Shown here: one piece after another, positions 39,577 to 52,121 of the stretch
How the letters are laid out: every line of letters starts with the position of its first letter
Numbering within the stretch: the first letter of the stretch is position 1
Assembly: GCA_015680685.1 (NCBI GenBank)
Contig: MNCI01000651.1
Span: 186,001-250,000, forward strand
Origin: Gnetum montanum
Lineage: Eukaryota; Plantae; Gnetophyta
Length of the DNA stretch: 64,000 bases
Reading direction: 5' to 3'
Made by a program: the position numbers and the translations under genes
The notes under the pieces: generated by a model
What the model was told of the DNA's origin: nothing
The model's database searches: none
Seen by the model: the letters and a program-made list of their open reading frames with translations, nothing else

Positions 39577-42500
39577 ATGGAAATTCATCACAATCTCTCC
39601 ATGCCTTTAGCCCTAGTAGGTCCACATGGCAAGCTCGTGAGACAACTGAACCCAAACCTAATCAACTAGGGATCGACCACAGCTAGCACCATAGCATCTT
39701 TAGAAGCATCTCCAGATTAGCTTGAGCATCTAGTCCGACTCTAAATTTGGAGGCCATAGATGTAACTGATGACCCTCTCATCAAGATTCCTATGACCATC
39801 TCCAAGGGAGAAGTGAAAATGCTAAAGCTTAGCTCCCTCCTAGATGTTCAGATGCACAAAAACATAGCCAAAATTCTATAGGACAACATCCAAATCTTCA
39901 TGTGGTCATATAGTGACATGTTGGGTTTAAACCCATAGCTGATATAGCACAACATCGTCCTAGACCCGTGCATGAAGGCAGTCAAGCAGAAGGCTTGTAA
40001 AATCAAACCAAAAATCATGTTGGCTGTGAGGGATGAAATCACCAAGCTATACCAAGCTGGTTTCATCCATGTAGTTGATTATTCGGAATGGGTATCCAAC
40101 ATCATCATGGTTTCCAAGAAAATGGGAGAAATACTGATCTGTATAGACTTCCAGGATTTGAACAAAGCAATGATCAAAGAAGACTTCCCACTTTTGAGCA
40201 TTGATCAACTCATCGACACCACGGCTATTCATGGTTTGCTATCCTTCATGGATGGCTTCTCCAGCTACAACCAAATTGGCATCAACCCAGAGCATCAACT
40301 AATGACAACCTTCATGACCCCATGGGGGACCTTATGTTACACCATGATGCCTTTTGGGCTCAAGAACACTGGAGGAACCTACCAATGAGTCATGACCTAC
40401 ATCTTCAGGGATTACATCCTAGAAACACTAAATGACTACGTGGATGATATAGCAGTCAAGTCTTAGGAGGCGTCTAATCATCCACGCAATCTAAGAGTAG
40501 TCCTCAAGTATTGCCAAATGCACAACTTACACCTTAATCGTAAGAAGTATGTCTTTGATGTGAAAACCATATGCATGTTAGGATTCATGGTAGTGAAGGC
40601 TAGAATACAGGTGGACCTTGACAAAGTCAAGATCATCATCAACTTGGCACCTCCTACAAACCTCAAAGAGCTACGTGGGTTGCAAGGTAGGGTATAGTTC
40701 ATTTGAAGGTTTATAATGAAGTTGATGGAAAAGTTACACCCAATGCAACATCTTCTAAAGAAAGGGGTTGACTTTGCGTGGACAAACCGGTGTCAACAAG
40801 CCTTCAATGACTTGAAGGAAGAGCTCTCGCACCTCCCAACTATGCACCCACCACAAAGTAATAAGCCTTTCTTTATCTACCTTTCCACCTCTAACACATC
40901 TATCGTAGCACTACTATGTCAAAAATGAGATGACAGATCTGAGATACTAGTGTATTATCTAAGTCATGCACTAATAGCGCATGAGGCGAAATACAATGAA
41001 GTAGAGAGGAACTACCTCGCCTTAGTGTTTGCATTGAAAAAGTGGAGGCACTATCTATTTCGCAGTATGATCAACATCATTTGCAAAAGCAACATACTCC
41101 AGGCTATCACTAACAACTTGTATGAAAGCAGTAGGATAGACAGATGGAAAGCAATAACCATGGAGTTCAACCTACACTATGTAAGCCAATCATTGACTAA
41201 GGGTCAAGCCATATCAATGCAACTTATGGCCTCACCCATCAATGACCATGCAGCCATAGATCTCGAATTCCCAGACAAACATGTTGGCACTATCAACGTC
41301 GCCCCTTCACACCTAGAAGCTACCTTACACTTCAACGATGCTTCAACCATGTGAGGAGGTAGTGCAGGTGCCATCATTACATTTCCCTCTGGGGAAATGC
41401 ACCCTTTTGCTTATCATTTTGCGTTCCCCTACACCAAAAATGTGGTAGAGTACAAGGGGCTACTCAGAGGTCTCTCAGTTGCCCAAACACTACGCATACA
41501 ACACCTAGCAATCTGCGGAGATTCATAACTAGTTGTGAATCAAATCACTGAGGTCCACGCTTGCAAAGCTACACACCTGCAACCCTACTGTGACCTAGCA
41601 AAAATCATTCTTAAGTAATTTGCAACCACAGATATGAAACACGTGCCACACAATGAGAATACTGTGGCAGATGCCTTAGCCACCCTTGCATTAAACATTC
41701 CACCACACTCGTTTGCGAGTCTACCGATGTCGATAGTCTAATGTACTAAGCCTATCACTCAGGTGGGACACGTGGCCTTCGTCAGTGCCACAGATGCCCA
41801 AGAGTGGTATGCTAACATAAAGCCTACCTACAACATGGTGAACCCCCACGTTGACTGACATCTTCACAGAGAGATGCAATCCGTAAGCATGCCCGACAAT
41901 ATACTCTCATGGGGAATGATGCCCTATGCTGACGCTCCTATGATAGGATATTGCTAGCATGTATGGGTGCGGAACAGATACATAGGGTAGTTAATGAAGT
42001 GCATGAGGGGCTGTGCAGAAGACACATAGCACCCAGGGCTATGGCTATGAAAATCATATGCCTAGGGTACTATTGGCCCCACATGGAGCGTGACTGCCTA
42101 TCAAAAGTCAAGATGTATGACACACACCAGGGATACACAAATCTCATACATGTCTCACCTCGGACCTACATCCTATGCAAATCACGTGGCCTTTCCAATG
42201 ATGGGGACTAGACCTCATAGAACTTATCACACCTAAGTCCTCTGCAGGGCATAGCTTAATTATCACCGCCATTGAGTATTTTACTAAGTGGGTAGAAGCC
42301 ATTCCTCTGAGAAAAATGATGTCTCAATAAGTCTGCCATTTCATCTTGGATAACATTGTGAGAAGCTTTGGGCTTCCAATGACTATTATGACCAAAAATG
42401 GGCCATAATTTAGTAGTATGGAAACCTGAACCTTTTGTAGCAACGTAGGCATCAAGCAATCATTTTCCTCCCCCTACTATCTATAGGCAAACGAACAGGT

Positions 42501-43044
42501 GGAGGCTACAAATAAGTCCATCATCAACTTGCTAAGGTGAATGCTAAGAAGTAGCAAGAGGCAGTGGCATAAGCAAATCCTCTATGTTCTATGGGCTTAC
42601 AGAACGACATGTAGAATCACGACAAGTAAGACTCCTTACAGCCTTGTTTATAGATCTAAAGCTGTGTTGCCTCTTGAGTTGTAGGTACCATCACTCTAGA
42701 TGATCCTCTCGAATGTTGTGAGTGAAGGCCAGAACAACGAGTCACAGATCATCGAGCTCAGCTCAATAGAGGGGGAGTGCACATAGACGTTGAGACGCAT
42801 AGAGCACTACCAAAGCAAGCAGTAGTAAAAACATCATGAAGACATGCATCAGCTACCAGTATAGAAGGGAGAACTCATCTTCAAGGCTGTTTGCAAGCAT
42901 GTGAGCAAATTCTTAGCCAACTGGGAAGGCCCTTACATGGTCACTAAAGCCTTCGGGAATGGAGCCTTCAAGCTAGCGAATATGGATGACAACAAGTTCA
43001 CCAACTTGGTGAATCAATCGTACCTCAAGTTGTACTACGTCTGA
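39577..43044 (+). pseudogene. pol: pol of element D: RT, RNase H, archaeal-type RNase H, integrase
   Basis: LSFMDGFSSYNQI; MMPFGLKN; YVDDIAV; aRH LHFNDAS...NVVEYKGL...GDS*LVVNQ...NTVADALA; H-H-C-C remnant VHEGLC..HI..GYYWP; NWEGPY. Confidence 0.95.
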
Positions 43045-43061
43045 AGCACAATAGAAACAAG

Positions 43062-43385
43062 CAGCATCCACTATGATGTTAAACTAGCAATGTCAACAAG
43101 AATTGTCTGCTACTATGTTAAACTAGTAGCATTGAGCAACATCCTCTACGATGTTAAACTGGCAACAACAGCATCAAGCAACATCTGCTACGATGTTAAA
43201 CTAGTGGAAACTATTTTCTATGATGTAAAATTGGCATAGCTAGTCCACTATGACTATAAAATGGTACAACACATCTGCTATGACGTTAAACTGGCATGTA
43301 CGGTCTGCTGCGATCTTAAACCAGCATCGCAGTCCATTGGGACTTTGAACCAACACACGGTCTACCAAGACCTTAAACTAGGTTT
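43062..43385 (+). repeat. Hairpin-motif array after the pol stop of D (~10 units)
   Basis: CATC-CACTAT-GATG; TAGTC-CACTAT-GACTA at 43241-43256; AGTC-CATTGG-GACT at 43331-43344; GGTC-TACCAA-GACC at 43359-43372. Confidence 0.9.
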
Positions 43386-43389
43386 GCAT

Positions 43390-44100
43390 TATGTCCCTAG
43401 CATGCATCTACGTCAAGTACACATCAAATGAGCATGCACAATGTCGATGTGTGGGTGGGACGTTACAGCTCTAGAACGCAATTCACAACAGAGTGGGGAC
43501 ACAGTCTGGAATGTATGCAACACCGCCACCCTTAGCATCGTGCTGACCCTCAAAAGATGTCATATGACATCGCATCAGTCCTCCAAAACTACCATTACCA
43601 CGGCCCACTGCCCTGATGGTAGTTCCTTGGCCAACGCCCACTGCTAGAGTTCTAGCACTATTGTGGCCTAGCCACAATATTGTTATCCTCCATCCCCCTA
43701 CCAACGGTGTTTGGCTATGTGGTAGCTGATCCCATAGCTAAACTGAGAATGCATGCCCTTGGCAGGGATTCCAGAGCATCCACACTCACAGTAACTTTTG
43801 ACACCTTCGAGGCCAGCTCCTTTGCACTGGTGCTACCAAGGCCACTACTGGCCTTCCTACTTTGCACATCGTACACCAACATGGGTATCCAAGAGCTTCA
43901 ACAACATTTGCAGCAAGCAAGACTTTCGCCCTCACTTCGCATCGTGGCTATCTCACTCTCTGTCGTACTTACAAGGTGCATCCGAGGGAACATCTAAGCC
44001 ACAGTAGCAAATGCTACGGCATCACGAAGTGAGTGCCTTGACTAGCTTGACTACTTCAGCGTGCAAGTTCCATGATGTGCGAAACATAGCTCGCCACATG
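43390..44100 (-). pseudogene. Candidate decayed antisense ORF in the 3' region of D, homologous to those of A and E
   Basis: Minus-strand peptides LLQMLLK, SAKELASKVSKVTVSVDA, HLLRVSTM and VTSHP are colinear with E's LQERLLK, AAKEEL*HEAKVITIDA, HLRGVSSM and PTSHP. Confidence 0.45.
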
Positions 44101-44443
44101 GGAAGCATCTGTAGAAAGGTAAAATCCCTACATGAATGTAATGCAACTCATCCTGGGGGAGGAAACACCTGTCCTACAGAGGGTCAAAGGCCAGGGAAGG
44201 TAAAGATGAAAATGTGAATGAGCCTCTCATGAGCATTCCAATGAGGGACTCTGCTAAACATCATCTTTACCCTTCTGCTAACCTTCCTTCCTCCCTACTT
44301 CATCCTTTCACTCTCAAGTGTAGCCAAGCAACATCTTAACATTCACCAATTAGAAACATTAGCATCGTGCCTTTCGTGGTGTTTCATTTTCTTTGTCAAT
44401 GTCTCTTGAGCCCGTCCTTCAAACATCGATAAAGAGGGGCCAA

Positions 44444-46001
44444 TGAAACACCCTAAAATTCAAAGGCATCCTTGCTTCACCAGGTCTTTGCAAATTGTGC
44501 AACATTACGATAGTTCTTTGGGAGACGGATGTTCTGGTTTTCAAACTGTCCTCTTCAGCAAGTTTTATAATTCAAGGAGTCTTGCTACGCTATGCTACAA
44601 CATGCAGTGTAGCAAACTTCAAAAGACATTTGCAGAAGCACAGTGCTATGCTATGCTATGTTATGCAGTGTAGCATAGCATAGCTAAAGCTAGATGATCA
44701 GCCCCCTCACCTGACTTCAAGTCCTTTAGCAATGTCTCCTTCCATTAGAAAGTGACGAACTTGGCCAACATTAGGTCATGTTTACTGCTATGCTATGTTA
44801 AGCTACATGGCATAGTGAGGCATAGAAATTCTGTGGAAGTTGACAGAAGGAAACTCAAAGTGTAGGATTAGCATGTTCGCAAACTTTACAATTCAAAAGG
44901 CTAAGTTTATAGATCGACGACATTTTTGCGACTAAGGCCAGTTGTTATGCTACGTAGCATAGCAAACACACAATGAACAACCTATACATTTCAAAGACTT
45001 CCTACATATGCAACAATATGCGTAACAAGATGCTATGCTACACCAACATGCTATGCTACAAAGCATAGCAAAGTGGCAAGCAGTTACGTGACATCAATGC
45101 ACCTCACCTAATTGCACCATTACTTTGACAGCATAAATACGGTGTGGCAGGTCCATAATTACAGCATGGCAGGCTCACCCAATGATCATGCAGGCACGTG
45201 CAATGCAGACAAGTTAGCATAGGCCCAAGGCATGTGGCATTCAAACCACATCTTTCGCATGCCCTTGGTCACATAAATACCCCGATGAGAGATGTGTAGA
45301 GTCTCTCTCTAGATTTCGTGCTCTCAGGCACACTGTCTCTCTCAGACACTATGGCACTTTTGGCATCCTTTTTTTCTAAATCTTTTTAGTCCCCAGTCTG
45401 TTCTCTTGGCAATCTAGTCAGCTAACAGTCTGGTTGGCTAATGAGCAAAAAGTTTGCATTGTAATCTCAAGTGTTGCAAGATTTCTATTTAACATTGTAA
45501 ATAGTTAGTATTCTTAGTTGGCATTCTCTTCTGCTTCTTTCTACCACCTTGGTAGCACTTTCCATTGTTAACGTTGGAGTCCGCGTTCAAGCTCACAGCC
45601 CTCTTGCTCTACACGTCTTGGTTACTCTTGGGATCTCTGCACTTCCCAATGCTTTACAACCAATTGTGTCCATCTTGATAGAGCAAGGTCATAGCTTCGA
45701 AGCAATGCATTTTTCTAACTGTATTTTACATTATCTCCTATTTACTATTGCATTTTACACTATTTTTTGTTTCTTTTGTATTTAAGAATTCCTTCGCGCT
45801 ATCAATCTCGTTTTCTTTAAATCATACATTGCACTAGGTTATATAGATACCAATTAAGTCCCTGTCTGATCAACCAGACCATTCAGGGTGCCCTGTTTCC
45901 ATCCCATCCAGCACGGCCCTCCCATGGAAATGGGGTCAAGATTTCTAGTGGCTAGTGACCTCTCGGCATTTTTCCAGCCATCAACGTTTTCAGTCACTAC
46001 A
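44444..46001 (+). repeat. 3' LTR of element D
   Basis: PPT AAAGAGGGGC at 44431-44440; TGAAACACC...CACTACA; followed by TSD CCTAG. Confidence 0.95.
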
Positions 46002-46006
46002 CCTAG

Positions 46007-47960
46007 GATAATTGACAATGGCATCCTTGGTCTAGCCTAGCATCGCAACACAAAGAGTAGGGCCTATCATGAACACCTTCAAGGTTGTACACACTAAGGC
46101 AAGCCCACTATCATCCTCATGCAATCCATGATCAACAAAATGGGGCCTGCAAAAGAAAAAGTATTCATACGTAAGAAATGATATAATGATAAAGGAACCA
46201 AGATTAGTATAAGTATAAAAAGAGCATACCTATCTACTCTGTATACTGTTCTAGGTAGATTTTGGAATGGTGTATGTACATGGCAAGCTAGAAAAAGTGT
46301 GCTACTACTATTGTAATGGATGCAAGATGACAATCCCCACACATGGGTCAAAGGACATGTAGATCTAGGACCTTTGGGAGTGCCCCCCTTAACTATATAC
46401 GGTCCCTCATCTATGTCAACAACAAAAGCTAATATGCCCTATGTTGAGCCAGACAACATGGTCTCAATAATATCATGAGTCAGTTTCTCACTCAAATGGG
46501 ACCATATGAAAACACTAAAATTCTACAAAATAAATGATAAAAGCGCACCAACATTTGGATGAAACCATATTACATGCGCCCTGATCCGCATGTCATAACT
46601 AGGCATGTTCGGTTCCAAAGGGCCAAACCAAGATAGCACACCAACAAGTTCAACCACGAGGAGAAAAGGCTTAGGTCCCCTGTAGAGAGCCAACACCTTA
46701 GGTAAGTAACTTAAAACATATAAAACATATAAACTAAATAAACAAAATAAATAAATAAGTAAATAAACCTAACAAGTAAATAACATTCAACGCACACACA
46801 AGATCACCCCAAGAGGCAAGGACATCAATGTCTATTTGATGAATTTAATGCTTGCTGGGGTATATTTAAAAACTTAATTTACAAATAAAAAACATGTACA
46901 TTCACTATCTAACCCAAGAAATTAAGAAAAAAAGGGTACAAATGACCAGTAACACCAAGCGAATGGGTTACCCATGTGCTAGTTTCTAGGGAACTCATGC
47001 TGCAGTGCATGATGTAGTAAAACATGACTATGGAATGCATTCACAATGCAGCTCATGCTACAACCCACAAACGCGATTCATGCTGTAAATCATGTGATCA
47101 TGAAACTCACGTGGCAGAAGCAGCTAAGAAGTTTCCTTAGACACAAAAATTGTAGTTTTTCCCTAGACACAAAAATCAGCTTTGTCTAGGATTCACACCC
47201 AGGAAAAAATCAATCTTCCTGGGGCACTCACGAAAATTGGTAAAAATTGGTTTTCCTGGGGTGCTCACACCCTATTCTCCTCACTCAACAAAAATTATGC
47301 CCTCTCAACCCCTGCACCCTCTTCACTCATGTCCTTACCCTCACGCTGGGTGTACCCTGGGTTGCTCATGCTAGGTGTCCTTGGGTTGCTCATGCTGGGC
47401 ATGCCTAGGTTGCTCATGCTCAACCCATGCTAATGGATCATCCAAAAATAAAACATTTTGCAGGTTTTGGCATCCTTGGGTTACTAGGGCACATATGTGT
47501 CCCTGCAACTCATGCTAGGGCACACATGTGCCCCTTCGACTCATGCTAGGGCACATACGCATCCTACAATTCAAACTCACATCACGCCCACGTCCCTGCA
47601 ACCCACGCCCCAAAAAATAGCAATTCAAGAAAGAAAAAAATTCCAAAAAAATGGCAAGCCCCAAAAAACCATGTAATGCCTCAAAAATCCAAAATTTATG
47701 ACTCAAGTCAGGAAACCCAACACAAAAATAAAATCATTCTCGCTCCATCAAAATGGCGACCCTAACGGCTTACGTGGTTGCTCACGTTGTGCTAGACAAG
47801 AGCGAAAGAAAACATACCTATGCAGAGTCCCAGCCCATGAAGAAATATTGGGTTGAGGAAGGCATTGGAGCAGTTCTTTGCTCTCTACCACGAACACCAA
47901 GCTTGCATACTTCTTTCCTTTTCCTCGTTCTTACCCTCCATTTTCCTTCATCTTGCTCAT
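46007..47960 (-). pseudogene. 5' part of the antisense gene of element C (exon limits uncertain)
   Basis: GLALVCTTLKVFMIGP...DAIVNYP joins in frame across the D TSD; resembles GLAVTMCTILFSGP in E at ~60190; possible first-exon donor GTATGT at ~47818. Confidence 0.5.
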
Positions 47961-48568
47961 GCTACACACCCTGAATCCCTATAGCTCACGCTCCACACCC
48001 TACCCTGCTACTCACACTGCACACCCTGAATCCATATAACTCATGCTCCACACCCTACCCTACTACTCATCCTATCCACTCTACCCTATAACTCACATTG
48101 CACCACTCACCTAGTTACTCATGCTCTAACGCTAACTCACGCTCCACACTTCAATCCCCTTTCACCCTATTTTAACTTATCCCAAGTGGTTGCATTGTGT
48201 TTTTCTCATTGGATGTTTTATTTTTATTACTTCCTACATTGTCTCCATTTTCATGCTCTTATGATAGTTTCTTCTATTCCTTTTTTATGTATTAATTCCT
48301 AATCATTAAAGACAAAACAAAGTATGAGAATTGAAAATTCAAAAATCATAGAAAATTATAGCATTAGTATTCACATGAAATATGAACACCATATGGCCTA
48401 GTAAGGCCTAAAACTGCCACACATCCATGTATGATGTTAAACTACTTTTGCATGCCATAGTTTCATCAAGACATAAATTAATTACACAAAGCTAGTTTAT
48501 ATAGCAACTCCCCCATTAGAAAATCTCACTCACGGTGCTCCTAGTTTTAAATTGGCAGGAACAAGCAG

Positions 48569-51500
48569 ATGGACACCAATAGCCTCTTTTCAATGTTTTC
48601 TATCAATAGACCTCATAGGGCCATAAAAAGAGTGATTAATCTAGAATCCCTAGATCTAGACTCATCTACTCATGTTACTTTCGTGGCATCCACTCAAGAA
48701 ACATCAGACTGCCCTGAGGGTATGACTAAAACTTTGGACTTAGAAGCGGACAACATCACTGAAGATCCCCTCATTGAAGTCCCCATTGCTATGTCTAGTG
48801 GAGAAGTTAAAACATTAAAATTGAGTACTCTGCTTAATCCAAAACTTGCCAATGACATTACACAAGTGCTGAATAACAACATCAAAACATTCGCTTGGTC
48901 ATATACTGATATGCTAGGACTAGACCCTCGAATCATCCAACGTAACGTCATCCTCGATGAAAAACTTAGACCAGTAAAGAAAAAAGCACAAAAATTTAAA
49001 CCTAAGGTGGCGTTGGTAGTTCATAATGAAATCACGAAGCTCTAACAAGCCCATTTCATCCGAGCTATTTACTATGCCGATTGGGTATCCAACATTGTTG
49101 TAGTCCCCAAGAAGAACAGCAGCATTTGCATATGCATTGACTTATGTAACCTCAACATAGCCACTATAAAGGATGACTTCTCGCTACCCAGTATTGATCA
49201 AATTGTTGGCTCAACTGCTGGGCATGCATTGTTATCCTTTATGGATGGATTCTTAGGATACAACCAAATCAGGATCAACCTAGAAAACCAACTCAGGACA
49301 ACCTTCATGACATCTTGGGGCACATTCTGTTATACAATGATTCCATTCGGTCTCAAAAATGTAGGTGCTACATATCAACAATGAATGACATATATATTTA
49401 GCGATTATATGCTTGATTCACTCAATGATTATGTAGATGATAACACGGTCAATTCCAAAACAACCGAACAACACGCAAAGCAACTAGACTTGGTACTCAA
49501 ACGTTGTCTCCAATACAACCTTAGACTTAACCCAAATAAATGCGTCTTTGGAGTTATAATGGGCAAAATGCTTGGCTTCATAGTCTCAGAAATAGGGATA
49601 CGAGTAGACCCCGATAAGGTTAAAGCAATAATTAGCATGCAACCACCTAAGAACCTTACCAAACTACGCGGCCTGCAAGGTAGACTACAATTCATTAGAT
49701 GTTTTATTGCAAAATTGATGGACAAGTTGAAACCCATGCAGCATTTACTATGAAATAATATCCATTTTCAATGGACTCAACAGTGCCAAGAAGCATTTGA
49801 AAACATAAAAATGGAGTTGACTCAATTGCCAACAGTCCATCCCCTGCAAAGTGATAAATCTTTTTACATCTACCTTGCCACATCTGATTCATCTATTGTG
49901 TCCATGCTTTGACAAAAACAAGAAGATGGAACCGAGATCCCCATTTACTATTTAATCCATGCCCTAATTTCCTATGAACAATGATACAATGATGTGGAGA
50001 GATCATGTCTTGCCTTGGTATTTTCCTTAAAAAGGTGATGACATTATCTCTGTTGTAACCAAGTCTATATCATTTGCAAAGATAATGTGCTTTGAGCTAT
50101 CATTAACAACATGTATGAATCAAGTAGGATAGCTAGATGGAAAGCAATGATTTCAAAGTTTGACCTATGCTATGTTGCTCAATCCTCCACTAAGGGTCAA
50201 GCAATAGCCAATCAGTTGACCGCATCACCAACACAAGATCAAGCAACAATCAACCTCCCTGATGAGAATTATAATAGCATAGACATAGTGTCTAATAATT
50301 ATGATGCAATCCTATACTTTGATGGAGCATCCACCTCCTGAGGAGGAAGTGCTGCAGCAATCATAACATATCCCTCTAGAGAAATTTGGCAATTTTCCTA
50401 TCGATTAAAATTCCCTTGTACCAACGTGGAAGAGTACGAAAGTCTTCTTAGAGGTCTTATAGCCACACTAACTGTAGGAATCACACGTCTTGTAGTCCAA
50501 GGTGACTCATAGTTAGTAATCAATCAAGTCACAAAAGTTTAAGCATGTAAAGCTTCTCATTTACAACCATACTGTGACCTAACTAAACACTTGCTAAAAT
50601 ATTTAATCAACGTAGATGTGCAACATATTCCTAGGAATGAAAATACCATTGTCGATGAACTTGCTACACTAGCCTTGAACATGACACCCGAGATGTTCCA
50701 TCATTGCCTAGTTCTATAACAAGTTGTACCAAACTTGTAACCGACGTCCTCGACGAAATACCCATAGTGTCTATTAGTACTACACAAGCAATAGAATGGT
50801 ATGATGACATAAAAGAGTACCTTCTACGAGGTGAACCCCCGCAACATTTGACGAGTGCTCAAAAGGACATTGTGCAAAAATGCTCTTGGAAATATGCATT
50901 AATAGGAGACACATTATGTTGCAAATCCTATGAAGGAATTCTGTTAGTATGCTTTAATAGCATTGATGGTCAAAAAATCATAGAATAGGTTCATGAAGGA
51001 CTTTGCATAGGGCATATAGCACCTAAAGTAATGGCAACGAAAATTAAATGTTTGGGCTACTATTGGCCACACATGGAGTACGATTGTTTCTCCAGGGTCA
51101 GAAAATGTAACATTTTCCAAAGACACAGTAACCTAATACACGTACCACCTAATGAGTTGCATACTACACAAATCACATGGCCATTCCAAAGATGGGGATT
51201 AGACATCATTGGGCGGATAAAACCACCATCTTCAGTAGGACATAGCTTTATCATCACCATGACTAAATATTTCAAAAAATAGGTAGAATCTATTCCCCTT
51301 AGGAAAACCATGTCTAAACATGTTTGCAATTTCATATTAGAAAACATCGTGACCCGCTTTGGTATCCCAATGACCATAGTTACCGATAATGGATCACAGT
51401 TCAACAATATGGATACTAAAAGCTTCTGTGAAAGCCTAGGTATTAAACAATCATTTTCATCACCATACTATCCATAGAGCAATGGTCAAGCATATTCTAC

Positions 51501-51975
51501 GAATAAAATGATCATCATGGTGCTTAAAAATATGTTGAATCAAAGCAAGAGGTGATGGAACGAGTAGTTAATCTATGCATTATGCATACCGAACAACGCA
51601 TCGAATGTCCATAGGTAAGACACCATATAGCCTTGTATATGGATCTGAAGCTGTCTTACCTTTGGAGTTACAAGTTCCCTCATTGTGGATAACACTCTCT
51701 AACCTCCTTGATGAAGGTCAAAATAATGAGTTGTGCATTGTTGACCTTGACTCGGTGGAAGAAGAAAGGGCACGAGCACTTGATCAAATCAAATCAAAGG
51801 TGACCTAGTTCTCCAAGCTATTCGCGAATACTTGGACAAATTCTTAGCTAATTGGGAAGTGCCTTACTTAGTCACCAAAGCATATGATAATGGGGAATTC
51901 AAACTCACTGACATGAATGGAAACAAGTTCACCAATCCTACAAATCATGTGTACCTGAAACCATTCTACATCTGA
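48569..51975 (+). pseudogene. pol: pol of element C: RT-RH-aRH-INT
   Basis: FAWSYTDMLGLDP; LSFMDGF; YVDD; LYFDGAS; GYYWPHME; WPFQRWGLDIIG; IVTDNGSQF; YLKPFYI*. Confidence 0.95.
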
Positions 51976-51994
51976 TGAGCTCAAGGTACGTCAC

Positions 51995-52121
51995 GGTCCT
52001 AGCATCATGACCTAAAACTGATAACAAAGAATAGTCCTAGAGCTATGACTTAAAACTAGCACCATAGAACATCCTGGCATCATGAAAGTAAACTGACACT
52101 ATAAAATTCTATCTGACATGA
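51995..52121 (+). repeat. Start of the hairpin-motif array after the pol stop of C, cut by insertion of E
   Basis: GGTC-N10-GACC-TAAAACTG; AGTC-N10-GACT-TAAAACTAGCA; the last unit is broken at 52121. Confidence 0.8.

Larger units (their letters stand above)
30470..46001 (+). mobile_element. Element D: full-length decayed Tat-type LTR retrotransposon with 5-bp TSD CCTAG
   Basis: LTRs at 30470-32047 and 44444-46001; TSD at 30465-30469 and 46002-46006; PBS at 32055-32070; PPT at 44431-44440. Confidence 0.96.
21061..52121 (+). mobile_element. Element C: Tat-type LTR retrotransposon (LTR-PBS-gag-pro-array-antisense gene-pol-array), interrupted by D and cut by E
   Basis: LTR at 21061-22826; the antisense ORF reads through the D insertion site (DAIVNYP|RQFSRALECC); the C-specific TCACGC motif recurs at 46980-48160; pol at 48569-51975. 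Confidence 0.85.

Noticed and set aside
47750-47770. PBS-like TGGCGACCC suggesting another nested element
   Set aside because: No extended tRNA complementarity recognised, and no LTR terminus or TSD nearby
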